The position numbers were made by a program, and so were the translations under genes. This document shows positions 1-8,805 of a stretch of 52,345 bases of DNA, in pieces. Numbering within the stretch: the stretch's first letter is position 1; the number at the start of each line of letters is the position of its first letter. Source of the stretch: Candidatus Thorarchaeota archaeon (GTDB lineage Archaea > Asgardarchaeota > Thorarchaeia > Thorarchaeales > Thorarchaeaceae). The notes below the pieces were generated by a model. The model made no database searches and was not told the DNA's origin. It saw only the letters and a list, made by a program, of their open reading frames with translations. Location of the stretch: positions 1 through 52,345 of the forward strand of contig JAOUFI010000011.1 in assembly GCA_029858305.1 (NCBI GenBank). The letters run 5' to 3'.

Positions 1-1
1 C

Positions 2-853
2 TGCAGACACGAGACCATCGGTCTTCCGAAACGATAGTGCATTCATCACTGCATTCATCATCTCCTCTGCTGTCTGAACATTAACAACTTCAGCAAGTCC
101 TGGGGGTTTTTGAGAAGTGGGCCCTAATACAAGTGTCACTGATGCTCCCCGGGAGGTTAGTTCTTCCGCTACTGCAATTCCCATTTTACCTGATGATGGA
201 TTTGTAACGAATCGGACTCTATCTATCCATCCTCTTGTGGGGCCGGCAGTCACCACAAAGTGCTTGCCTTCAAGATCTTTTGGTCCTAACCTGGCAATCA
301 CATGCTCAACAATTACATCAACTTCAGGAATCTTTGCCTTTGCTTCCTCTAGTCTTGGCGAAACTACTCCGACACCCATCGATTTGAGCTTCTCAATATT
401 CTCAATCACAGCTGGATGGTCATACATTGATTCATGCATTGCTGGTACTACTATGACAGGAATACGTGCACCGATAGCAGATGAAACTGTTGTTGTCACA
501 GGAGTGTCGTCAATACCCATGGCAACTTTGCCAATTGTATTCGCAGTCGCAGGTGCAATCAAAACCAGATCAACATGATCTTTATGCTTGCCGGCCAGAG
601 TAATATGCTCAATCTGTCCTGTCAATTTGGTGACCACAGGATTACCTGTTGCCCATTCAAGAAGGTACGGGTGAATGATCTTTTGTGCCATCTCACTCAT
701 AACTGGAAATATTTCTGCACCATGGCGCATGAGCTTTCTTGCAAGAGCTACACATTCGACCGCTGCCACACTACCAGTGACACATAGTGCAATAGTTTTC
801 CCCTCAAGAGCAGTACTGAGGCTTCCTTTGATTAGTTTGGACGTGTGTTCCAT
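2..853 (-). CDS. coaBC: Bifunctional phosphopantothenoylcysteine decarboxylase/synthetase CoaBC (3' end runs off window)
   Basis: Not in the ORF track. Manual translation from the ATG at 853 gives MEHTSKLIKGSLSTALEGKTIALCVTGSVAAVECVALARKLMRHGA...IAPATANTIGKVAMGIDDTPVTT...PAMH...VVTAGPTRGWIDRVRFVTNPSSGKMG, with the CoaC flavoprotein and CoaB motifs. It sits next to other CoA genes. Confidence 0.95.
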   Translation of the reverse strand, partial: MEHTSKLIKGSLSTALEGKTIALCVTGSVAAVECVALARKLMRHGAEIFPVMSEMAQKIIHPYLLEWATGNPVVTKLTGQIEHITLAGKHKDHVDLVLIAPATANTIGKVAMGIDDTPVTTTVSSAIGARIPVIVVPAMHESMYDHPAVIENIEKLKSMGVGVVSPRLEEAKAKIPEVDVIVEHVIARLGPKDLEGKHFVVTAGPTRGWIDRVRFVTNPSSGKMGIAVAEELTSRGASVTLVLGPTSQKPPGLAEVVNVQTAEEMMNAVMNALSFRKTDGLVSA

Positions 854-975
854 TAGACAAGACGCCCCTTATTCGTCTACGGTCACTTAATATGAACACT
901 AGTGGTCGGATAAGACTTGTGGGTAATACTCAATATGTTAATAGTCAGGAAGTTTATACCATTTTTAGCAGAGTA

Positions 976-1049
976 ACTCAGGTGGGCAAAGAATATATGA
1001 GGCAAAGCGAATGAGCCTGAGTATCGATTGCGGCGGTCCTAGTTGATAC
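976..1049 (+). promoter_or_regulatory. Candidate structured 5' leader of the 1099 gene
   Basis: TATA-like TTTATA at 953-958. Stems ACTCAGGT(976-983)/GCCTGAGT(1015-1022) and GTATCGATT(1021-1029)/AGTTGATAC(1041-1049). G-U pairs favour the + strand. Confidence 0.35.
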
Positions 1050-1098
1050 ACAGACAATGGACATTTGAATGACATAATTATCGGTAGGTGCGGAATAG

Positions 1099-1935
1099 TT
1101 GGCTGACACTTCTCGCGACATGGAAGCACTCCTCAAAGGATTTCAGGCCGAGAAGAAGACACGGTTCCAAGCCTATGAAAAGGTAGTATCCGCACTTGAC
1201 ACACCTACGCAGTCACTCTTTGTCACCGACAATGATAATGAGGTCGATACATTTCAGCGAGATTTCAATGAGTATCTAGTTTCAACTAAAAGAATGGAGG
1301 AAGGTTCTACAGAGCTTCCTTACTATATGGTGAGAATTGGATACGACGGTGATATGCTCGATGATATGTTTCGCATAGTTGTTTCTGATGAGTCCGAGAA
1401 TTTCAGTCCTGCAACACTCGACGTCAATGCACTCTATTCGAAACAAGCTATATTCCAGCACCTCTACCAAAGCATCACAAGAGACAAATTCATCATTTTC
1501 CACATCACCGAGTTTCCCCTCGCCTACTACTTTGAAACTGCCGTGGTCGTGGATGTTGAGGACCTATCAGATGTGATGGATCCATCAGTTCATGATGGTA
1601 CAATTATCCGATATCTAAATGATCTTCGTGAGCAAGGCACTGAGGAGCACAGGAAGACATACAGTTTCTTCTATCGAATTAGCACCTCACTCTTGATGGA
1701 GCTATCTAATGTCTTTCTCGTTGTTCCAACTGCAGGAATGAACAAGCATCTTGTAGTGACAAGTTGGCGTACACAGACTCTTCTTCTTGGTTTTAGTCCC
1801 TTGACTTGGTCATCAGGTAGCTTTAACGTGTATGACTTAAGTGGTCGGGACATTGATGCACGCTGGGCGTATCCCGCTCCGCCATCTGCAGATCCACGAG
1901 TTAAACAGTACACGAGTCTAGTGCCAATGAAATAG
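1099..1935 (+). CDS. Hypothetical protein (278 aa, acidic, predicted alpha/beta)
   Basis: Long ORF with a TTG start preceded by an AGGTG SD-like sequence; no family recognised. Confidence 0.8.
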   Translation: MADTSRDMEALLKGFQAEKKTRFQAYEKVVSALDTPTQSLFVTDNDNEVDTFQRDFNEYLVSTKRMEEGSTELPYYMVRIGYDGDMLDDMFRIVVSDESENFSPATLDVNALYSKQAIFQHLYQSITRDKFIIFHITEFPLAYYFETAVVVDVEDLSDVMDPSVHDGTIIRYLNDLREQGTEEHRKTYSFFYRISTSLLMELSNVFLVVPTAGMNKHLVVTSWRTQTLLLGFSPLTWSSGSFNVYDLSGRDIDARWAYPAPPSADPRVKQYTSLVPMK

Positions 1936-1967
1936 GTCAGTTTCCCATCCTAGAATTCATATATTAT

Positions 1968-1985
1968 GTATATACATGTATATAC
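1968..1985. repeat. Perfect 18-bp palindrome GTATATACATGTATATAC
   Basis: Self-complementary; followed by a T-tract (1993-1998) and a TATA-like TTTAATA (2011-2017) ahead of the pantoate kinase operon. Confidence 0.7.
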
Positions 1986-2049
1986 GTACTCTTTTTTATA
2001 TGAAGAAGCTTTAATACCCGACTATACCAATCGGGATTTGGCTGACAAC

Positions 2050-2982
2050 TTGAACAACAGAAAGAGCATACCTCGGGTTGCAAGTGCCTTTGTTCCTGGT
2101 CATATAACTGGATTCTTCCGAATTCACGATGACGCGACCAGTGCGCTCATGTGCGGATCCAGAGGAGCTGGCTTTTCTGTTGAGATAGGCACACTCACGT
2201 CTGTCAGTTTGACTGAGAATGAATTCCTAGAGATAACTACTATTTATAATAATGAGGAAATTGACGCTCAAGTAACAAGTATGGTGGTACATAGAATGGC
2301 TGAGGACTATGAGAGGAAATTCAAAGTGAATATTACTCACGAATCCTCTCTTCCGTCCGGAGCGGGCTATGGGGCCTCTGGCGCTGGAGCTCTTGGTGCC
2401 GCACTTGCTCTTGGCCATCTGCTAGATTCTTCAATGGACTATGATAAAGCTGCTAGCTATGCTCATGAGGCCGAGATAGTGAATCATACTGGGCTTGGCG
2501 ATGTACTAGCCCAAACTAAAGCTGGTCTTGAAATTCGAATTCGCCCTGGTGGTCCAGGAATTGGGAAGATTCAACATATAAACCATAAACAATCTCAACA
2601 CGTGGTCTTGGCAGGAGCTGCGGGGCTACGAACTCGTGATGTCCTAACTAATCCTGAGAGCCGTCAAAAAATCAATAATGTTGGTGACCAGCTTATTGAG
2701 AGAATCATTGATAATCCGGATTTAGCGACATTCATCAAATGTTCTAGGATATTCACAGAATCCATCGGACTTGCAACGAAGCGAGTTCTTCAAGCTCTTC
2801 ATACGCTGGATGATTCTGGTTTCACTCAGTCGAGTATGGTCATGCTTGGTGACTCAGTATTCTGCTTTTGTGATGAGCACGAATCGGAATCCATCATCAA
2901 TATTCTCTGTAGATATTGGGAACCTCATCAGGTTACTTTGACATCGATTTCAGATAAGGGTGGGAGGCTTGTTTCATGGTAA
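2050..2982 (+). CDS. Pantoate kinase (GHMP kinase family)
   Basis: AFVPGHITGFF, GSRGAG, GHMP motif LPSGAGYGASGA, AHEAEI...TGLGDV, SMVMLG. Start moved from 1966 to the TTG at 2050 because a TATA-like box lies at 2011. Confidence 0.92.
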   Translation: MNNRKSIPRVASAFVPGHITGFFRIHDDATSALMCGSRGAGFSVEIGTLTSVSLTENEFLEITTIYNNEEIDAQVTSMVVHRMAEDYERKFKVNITHESSLPSGAGYGASGAGALGAALALGHLLDSSMDYDKAASYAHEAEIVNHTGLGDVLAQTKAGLEIRIRPGGPGIGKIQHINHKQSQHVVLAGAAGLRTRDVLTNPESRQKINNVGDQLIERIIDNPDLATFIKCSRIFTESIGLATKRVLQALHTLDDSGFTQSSMVMLGDSVFCFCDEHESESIINILCRYWEPHQVTLTSISDKGGRLVSW

Positions 2983-3788
2983 ATCTTGAAATACCCGCAG
3001 ACCATCCTCGACGAATTTCGTTGGAAATACGTGACAAAATTATCGCAGGTCACTCTGAAAATATTGTAGCTACTGCAGGACTTCTTGCTCATGGTCGTGG
3101 AGAGGCCTTTGATTACCTCATAGGAGAAAAAACAACAGAGATAGCTGAAAACGCAATCAAAGTAGCTGTCGCTTCATTATTACTTGCTCAGCATCCTGTG
3201 ATAAGTGTTAACGGAAATGTATGTTCACTAGTTCCGAAGGAGTTAGTCGAGCTCTCCAAAATCACAAATGCCCCATTGGAGATTAATCTATTCTATTATC
3301 GAAGAGAGAGAGAGGATGCAATTCTTCAAGCCTTGAAATCTGCAGGAGCCTCGAAGGTACTTGGCACACATAATCGACCGTCTGCTACAATTCCAGAGCT
3401 CAGTAGTAACCGCCGCAAGGTTGATTCTGAGGGAATTGGCGCAGCTGATGTTGTGGTTGTCCCATTAGAGGACGGGGATCGAACAGAAGCCTTGAAAGCC
3501 ATTGGAAAAAAAGTTATCACAATTGATCTTAATCCAATGAGTCGTACTGCCGTTTTTGCTGATGTTACAGTTGTGGATAATGTTGTTCGGGCAATGCCTT
3601 TGATGATTAGGTATGCTTCTGAGATGAAAAGCAAACCAACTGATGAATTAAGAAAAATCGTTGAAAATTATAACAACGATGAGAATCTTAGCAAATCAAT
3701 ACATCTAATTAGGGCTAGACTAGAGGAACTATCACGAGATGTTAGTGTCCTCCGTAAAAAGAAGAAAGTCGGAAGGAACAAATCATGA
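2976..3788 (+). CDS. 4-phosphopantoate--beta-alanine ligase (phosphopantothenate synthetase, PPS)
   Basis: IPADHPR..SL, GLLAHGRGEAFDYLIGE, PVISVNGN, VPLEDGDRTEAL, IDLNPMSRT; overlaps pantoate kinase. Confidence 0.95.
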   Translation: MVNLEIPADHPRRISLEIRDKIIAGHSENIVATAGLLAHGRGEAFDYLIGEKTTEIAENAIKVAVASLLLAQHPVISVNGNVCSLVPKELVELSKITNAPLEINLFYYRREREDAILQALKSAGASKVLGTHNRPSATIPELSSNRRKVDSEGIGAADVVVVPLEDGDRTEALKAIGKKVITIDLNPMSRTAVFADVTVVDNVVRAMPLMIRYASEMKSKPTDELRKIVENYNNDENLSKSIHLIRARLEELSRDVSVLRKKKKVGRNKS

Positions 3789-4774
3789 AAATCGTTGTTG
3801 TGGGGTCTGGATCCATTGGTAGTTTATATGGCGCTTTCCTTAGTAGAATAGAAGGAAATGAAGTCATTCTTGTGGGACGAAATCCTCACGTGGCCGCAAT
3901 TCGTTCTAATGGGCTCATTATTCGTGGTATTATGGGCGAACATATCTTCCATCTTGATGCAGTAGATGATGTATCAGATGTCTCAGAAGCAGATTTGATT
4001 CTTCTCACAACAAAAACATATGATACAATCCCTGCAATTACTGCCGCTAAACATCTCGTTGAAAAAGGTGCTTACATCCTTCTCATTCAGAATGGTCTAG
4101 GGACTGAAGAGCTTGTAGCAGATGCAGTAAATTCAACACGAGTGTTGAGAGCCACAACCTGCATGGGAGCACTTCGTACAGAACCCGGTGTTGTCACAGC
4201 TACAGGCTGTGGACTAACAGAGATTGGCTCAAGATTTCCTGAAAACTACGAATTTGTAGAGCTTATGTCCAAGATGTTCAAAGAGTGTGGGTTTGATGTT
4301 CGTGCAAGTACGAATATTGAAGGCGTGGTCTGGACAAAGACATTGGTGAATTGTGGAATCAATCCTGTAGGCGCGTTGACAGGACTCACTAATGGTGCAG
4401 TCTACAAGAATCCTGAGCTAAGAGATCTCGTGATTAAATTGGTCAAAGAAGCCGTAGAAGTCGTCAAGGCGCTGGGGATTGAACTTACAACTGATGATCC
4501 TGTGCGCTATGCTTTAGGAACTGCAAAGGCGACTGGTAATAACATCAACTCTATGCTCCAAGACATAATGGCAAGAAAACGAACAGAGATTGATGCAATT
4601 ACAGGGGAAATCATTCGTCTTGGAAAAGAGCTAGGCATTGAAACACCATCGAATGAAGTTGTATATGCCCTAATCAAAGCAATTGAAGCCAAATATTTGG
4701 AAGACCCCCAGGGGACGCCAACTATCCAACATTTAGGTGTCAAAGAATTGGTTGATACACTCTCTACAACCTAA
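3785..4774 (+). CDS. panE: 2-dehydropantoate 2-reductase
   Basis: GSGSIG Rossmann motif, TKTYD, QNGLG, WTKTLVNCGINP, SMLQD...RTEIDAITG; ATGA overlap with PPS. Confidence 0.95.
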   Translation: MKIVVVGSGSIGSLYGAFLSRIEGNEVILVGRNPHVAAIRSNGLIIRGIMGEHIFHLDAVDDVSDVSEADLILLTTKTYDTIPAITAAKHLVEKGAYILLIQNGLGTEELVADAVNSTRVLRATTCMGALRTEPGVVTATGCGLTEIGSRFPENYEFVELMSKMFKECGFDVRASTNIEGVVWTKTLVNCGINPVGALTGLTNGAVYKNPELRDLVIKLVKEAVEVVKALGIELTTDDPVRYALGTAKATGNNINSMLQDIMARKRTEIDAITGEIIRLGKELGIETPSNEVVYALIKAIEAKYLEDPQGTPTIQHLGVKELVDTLSTT

Positions 4775-5453
4775 ACATTTGTTTCGCTATTTGATAGGAA
4801 GTAAGTGCAGATTTTTTCGCATTATACTTCATTGCATTCATATGTCCTGGAAGGCCAACATCAAACTCCATTTCTGAAACTCTTTTCAATGACTCTACAA
4901 GTTTTGCAGGATTACCTGTAGGGAAGTCCACTCTTCCAAAACTACCTCCTGGAAATAATGTGTCTCCTGTCAGAAGTATCCCTGTATTTTCAATCTCTAG
5001 TACAATGCTACCTTCGGAGTGCCCTGGTGTGTGGAACACAGACATCTTCACACCTCCAAAATCGAGAACGGATCCTTCATCCAGAATATTTTCTATTTTC
5101 AGTGGAGGTAAATCCGCCCCGAAGGTATCTCCCAATGTATTACTCATATCGCCTTTGTTTATTGGCTCAGCTTCCGCTCGATGAAGGTGAATTTTGGGTG
5201 AGCATGCTTCTAGTATGGGGATGACACCCCCAATATGATCTATATGAGAGTGTGTAAGTACAATGTCAGTTATGGATGAAAGAGAAGATCCCACATCATG
5301 CAGTTCTCTATCAAGTGCTGATGCATAGAGACCTGTACCTGTATCGACAAGAATATGGTGATCATCCGATTTGATGAAGGTGATATTTGAATCGAAGGAT
5401 CGGCTTACTAGGAAATATACTGATTTGCTAATTTGGTCAAACATAACAATCAC
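4764..5453 (-). CDS. MBL-fold metallo-hydrolase (glyoxalase II-like)
   Basis: THSHIDHIGG, HTPGHSEG, TGDTLF, PGH metal-binding motifs. Confidence 0.92.
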   Translation of the reverse strand: MIVMFDQISKSVYFLVSRSFDSNITFIKSDDHHILVDTGTGLYASALDRELHDVGSSLSSITDIVLTHSHIDHIGGVIPILEACSPKIHLHRAEAEPINKGDMSNTLGDTFGADLPPLKIENILDEGSVLDFGGVKMSVFHTPGHSEGSIVLEIENTGILLTGDTLFPGGSFGRVDFPTGNPAKLVESLKRVSEMEFDVGLPGHMNAMKYNAKKSALTSYQIAKQMFRL

Positions 5454-6574
5454 CTGAGATGGTCTAACAATCTATCCACGTCTGCAGATGTATTGTAGAA
5501 ATGAGGTGATACTCGTAAACGGCCATTGCGAACAGAACAATAAATCCTGTTTTTCATAAGTAGCTCATTTAGTTTCTCAACATCTGGAGGTTTGCAGGAT
5601 ACAGTTGCTGAGTTGTTATCCCTTCCAAAATCATAGTATGGGATATCAATCTCGGAAAGGCGTTTCCGAAGGTAATCTGCGACTGACAGAGCTGCTTTCT
5701 CTCTGTTCTGATTTGGGATTTGCAACAGAACCTTGAGTGACTCTAGGAATCCCACATATGACATCATTGCTGGGGATCCAACTTGGAATTTTCTCGCATC
5801 ACTCAATGGTTTTCTATCGAAGTATCCAAACTCCATGAGCTGTTCAACACCCCACCAACCAAGAAATCGCGGTTGCACTTTCTCCATTATGGAATTACTT
5901 ACGTACACAAAACCAGCGCCAATTGGACCCAACAACCATTTCGCGGCTTGCCCTGTAGCGAAATCGACTTTCAGCTTTGATAGGTCTGTGTCAAAACATC
6001 CTGCGGCTTGAATTATATCTACTAACAATAAAGCACCATTATCGTGAGTCATCTTAGTCAATGACTCTAGGTCTATACGAAAACCACTTCCAAATTGAAT
6101 TTGACTCACAGCGACAACACGTGTATTCTCATCTATCATTTCTGCAAAATCATCTAATGAAACTGCACCGTCAGTAGATTTGACCACTCTGAGTTCAGGT
6201 CCATACAACTTGCTGATATTTTGCCATGGTATGTAATTTGCAGGAAACTCAAGGTCGCAAAGAACTATGTTAGAGCCAGCAGGATACTCAATACTATGCC
6301 CGAAAGAATTGATTCCAGAACTAGTGCTCGGTACAAAGGCGTATTGACTGTAGTCTCCACCAAGAAGCTTTGCAAGATTGGTTCGTACCTCTTTGAACAG
6401 ATTCAATGTATCCTGAAAGCTACCGATTGCCTCTACGCTATTATCTAGATACTCCTTAATGGCATTGATTGTTGGCACAGGCTGAATGCCGGTTGAAGCA
6501 TTATTGAGATATGTCATCTGCTTTAATGAAGGCCACATATCAGAAATGAACTTGGTATCGATGAGGTTTGTCAT
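5450..6574 (-). CDS. PLP-dependent aminotransferase class V family enzyme
   Basis: YLNNASTG, DIIQAAG, KWLLGPIGAG (PLP lysine), LRVSPHFYN. No RxGxHC catalytic-cysteine motif, so probably not a true cysteine desulfurase. Confidence 0.9.
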   Translation of the reverse strand: MTNLIDTKFISDMWPSLKQMTYLNNASTGIQPVPTINAIKEYLDNSVEAIGSFQDTLNLFKEVRTNLAKLLGGDYSQYAFVPSTSSGINSFGHSIEYPAGSNIVLCDLEFPANYIPWQNISKLYGPELRVVKSTDGAVSLDDFAEMIDENTRVVAVSQIQFGSGFRIDLESLTKMTHDNGALLLVDIIQAAGCFDTDLSKLKVDFATGQAAKWLLGPIGAGFVYVSNSIMEKVQPRFLGWWGVEQLMEFGYFDRKPLSDARKFQVGSPAMMSYVGFLESLKVLLQIPNQNREKAALSVADYLRKRLSEIDIPYYDFGRDNNSATVSCKPPDVEKLNELLMKNRIYCSVRNGRLRVSPHFYNTSADVDRLLDHLR

Positions 6575-6655
6575 AACATAGCGTGAATTGAGCTATTTCT
6601 TGATAAAGTTCTCTGCGGACGAAGTCCCCCCAAGATTTAAGACTATCATCGCATT

Positions 6656-7534
6656 TTGTTAGACTCGGAGAGAGGTTTGTCGAGATTCAGGAGGTTTGGA
6701 TGGCGTTCAAAAACGCCAACAAAAGAAGAGCCATCTACAAAGGGTGAGATTGATACATTCGAAGACACTCCTAAGTTTTCCCCCGAGGCATCAACAACGA
6801 CACCCTCTATTTCTCCTCCTACGATGGAAGATCGAGTTCCAGCAGGTGTTTCCATGGGCCGCCTTATTGCATCATCTGAGGAAGTGACAATTGATAGAGA
6901 AAAAACTGAGGATTTTGCGAAGAGAGCTAAAATAAGTCCACAGACAGCTGCTGAGATTGTGCCTGGAAAAGTCCTAAAACGAGATGAAGAAGGACGGGTT
7001 CATATCAAGATCGTATTCTATGGCCCCTCTCTCTCTGGCAAGACGACAGCACTACGGTGGCTTTTTGCTAATGTGCGATCTCTTGCAAAAGGTAAGCTTG
7101 TTGAGATATCTGATGAATTAGGTCGTACCACATTCTTCGATTTTGTTCCAGTGTCTGCCAGTGAAAGAATGGTATTCGATGTATTCACCGTAGCTGGTCA
7201 GCGACGACATGCTGGCAGTCGAATTAAAGTACTACGCGATTGTGATGGATTAATCTTCATGGCTGATTCAACGCCAGAACAAATGAATGAGAATCTTGCA
7301 TCAATCCAAGAATTACGAATTGCTCTTGGTACTGATCGAATGGCAATGCTTCCCATCATAGTTTCTCTAAATAAAAGAGACCTCCCAAATGCACTTCCAG
7401 TGGATTATATGGTACAGATGTTGGATTTAGAGGGATATCCTGTTTTTGCTACAATTGCCACTGAAGGCAAGAATCTACTCAGAATGTTTCAGAGAGTGTT
7501 GCGCGACGCATTGATCTTCAAGGTTGGAATCTAA
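6656..7534 (+). CDS. MglA-family small GTPase with a long N-terminal extension
   Basis: KIVFYGPSLSGKTT (G1), GRTTFFDF (MglA-type switch I Arg), FTVAGQ (G3), NKRD (G4). Start codon uncertain. Confidence 0.88.
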   Translation: MLDSERGLSRFRRFGWRSKTPTKEEPSTKGEIDTFEDTPKFSPEASTTTPSISPPTMEDRVPAGVSMGRLIASSEEVTIDREKTEDFAKRAKISPQTAAEIVPGKVLKRDEEGRVHIKIVFYGPSLSGKTTALRWLFANVRSLAKGKLVEISDELGRTTFFDFVPVSASERMVFDVFTVAGQRRHAGSRIKVLRDCDGLIFMADSTPEQMNENLASIQELRIALGTDRMAMLPIIVSLNKRDLPNALPVDYMVQMLDLEGYPVFATIATEGKNLLRMFQRVLRDALIFKVGI

Positions 7535-8269
7535 TTATCTCTTAGTGATTGGGAGTTCACCCTTCTCAAGCTGATTGACAAGGCTAATCAGTTCTTCCTC
7601 TGCTTGCTCCATAATTAATCGCCCTTTTTCCGGTGTGGCTTTTCTAGGATCGCCATACATTGCTGATGGTAGTAGTTCCTCTCTTGATGTGCCTGAGATG
7701 ATCGTGAATCTAGTCACCACTCTGTGGACCTCTGCCTTTGCCATATTGACAAGGTCAGGACGGACGTGCATTACCTCTGAGGTCTCATCTTCAGCAGCAT
7801 GACCCATTGGTGTTTCTTCCGCAAGCTTACGCGCGGATTCAGCTAGCTCCTTCCACCAATTAACAATGATTACAGCTCTCTGTCCATTATCTGTAGCCGC
7901 CTTGGCAGCTAATGTCAGCACTGGGATATTCCCACCATGACCGTTCAGGACTACAAGATATCTGAAGCCATGTTTGAAAACGCCTTTCATTACTGAAGTG
8001 TAGAAATCCATGAGAGCGTTTGGTGCAATTGAGATTGTTCCTTCAAAGTTGTTGAAACTCCAGCTGTCTCCAAACGGAATTGTTGGCAGTACTAGTGCCT
8101 TGGTTCTCATCGCCACTTTCTCAGCGAGATATGTTGGTAGAATTGTATCCGTTGATAGTGGAAGATGCATGCCATGTGCTTCAAGGGCACCTGTCACCAT
8201 TACAGCAACCTCTGTTTTAGATGAGATGCCTGGAAAATTCTCGTGCGATAAGTTAGACCAGAGTGGCAT
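7535..8269 (-). CDS. Creatininase family protein
   Basis: GALEAHGMHLPLSTD, NGHGGN, GHAAEDETS, GDPRKATPEKG. Confidence 0.93.
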   Translation of the reverse strand: MPLWSNLSHENFPGISSKTEVAVMVTGALEAHGMHLPLSTDTILPTYLAEKVAMRTKALVLPTIPFGDSWSFNNFEGTISIAPNALMDFYTSVMKGVFKHGFRYLVVLNGHGGNIPVLTLAAKAATDNGQRAVIIVNWWKELAESARKLAEETPMGHAAEDETSEVMHVRPDLVNMAKAEVHRVVTRFTIISGTSREELLPSAMYGDPRKATPEKGRLIMEQAEEELISLVNQLEKGELPITKR

Positions 8270-8400
8270 AGGTTTTCACACAACAGTAAACGTACATTCT
8301 AATAAATAAGGCGAAAACAGTATCACAGAACTTGATTCAAGAACCGAAAAGATGAAAAACGGCTGAGGTAGTTCTCCGTTGCGGTCATTGCCGCACATCT

Positions 8401-8476
8401 AGCCCCGTGGTGTAGTGGTCAAGCATAGGCGGTTCTGGCCCGCCTGACCTAGGTTCAAATCCTGGCGGGGCTACCA
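8401..8476 (+). tRNA. tRNA-Gln, anticodon CUG, CCA encoded, no intron
   Basis: Acceptor stem AGCCCCG/CGGGGCT with the archaeal Gln A1-U72 pair, anticodon arm GGCGG-TT CTG GC-CCGCC, T-loop TTCAAAT, 3' ACCA. Confidence 0.96.
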
Positions 8477-8654
8477 TCTTCTACTGAGCACGCGAAATTG
8501 GCTTCTCTGGTGCAAAAATCATCAAAAAAGGCCGTTTTCCATAGGACGTAAAGGTAAGTTCGAAAAAAAGTTACAATCTTCGAAATATTCGCAAAAAGGC
8601 GCCTTTAGGCTGATAACAGTACATTTATAGGTAAAGCTGTTTCTGATGATAGTC

Positions 8655-8743
8655 GGAGAATGGTTCGTCATTTAAGCTCATTTTGAGTTACCTATTCCAA
8701 TCTGACCCCTCCCGGCGGATGAATACGGGGGCGAATCCTCTCC
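8655..8743 (+). ncRNA. Candidate ~90-100 nt structured small RNA (three-way junction, C-rich loop)
   Basis: TATA TTTATA at 8624-8629. Closing helix GGAGA/TCTCC plus GGTTCGTC/GGCGAATC, two internal hairpins, and a downstream pyrimidine tract CCTTTTCTTCTATTT. Confidence 0.55.
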
Positions 8744-8805
8744 ATCCTTTTCTTCTATTTCATGACAATCTTCTTATCCGAGTCAAGCAATTGAGAGAGT
8801 AGAGT

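Noticed and set aside
117-890. Plus-strand ORFs 117-578, 575-787 and 675-890
   Set aside because: Antisense shadows of coaBC. The same applies to the many short ORFs overlapping confident genes throughout the track.
5450-6574. Cysteine desulfurase / selenocysteine lyase call
   Set aside because: The catalytic cysteine loop motif is not visible.
8477-8620. Possible integration site after tRNA-Gln
   Set aside because: No integrase, and I saw no repeat of the tRNA 3' end in the window.
8655-8743. tRNA-Sec, 5S rRNA or hammerhead interpretation
   Set aside because: No UCA anticodon arm or T-loop, no 5S conserved motifs, and CUGA is not followed by NGA.
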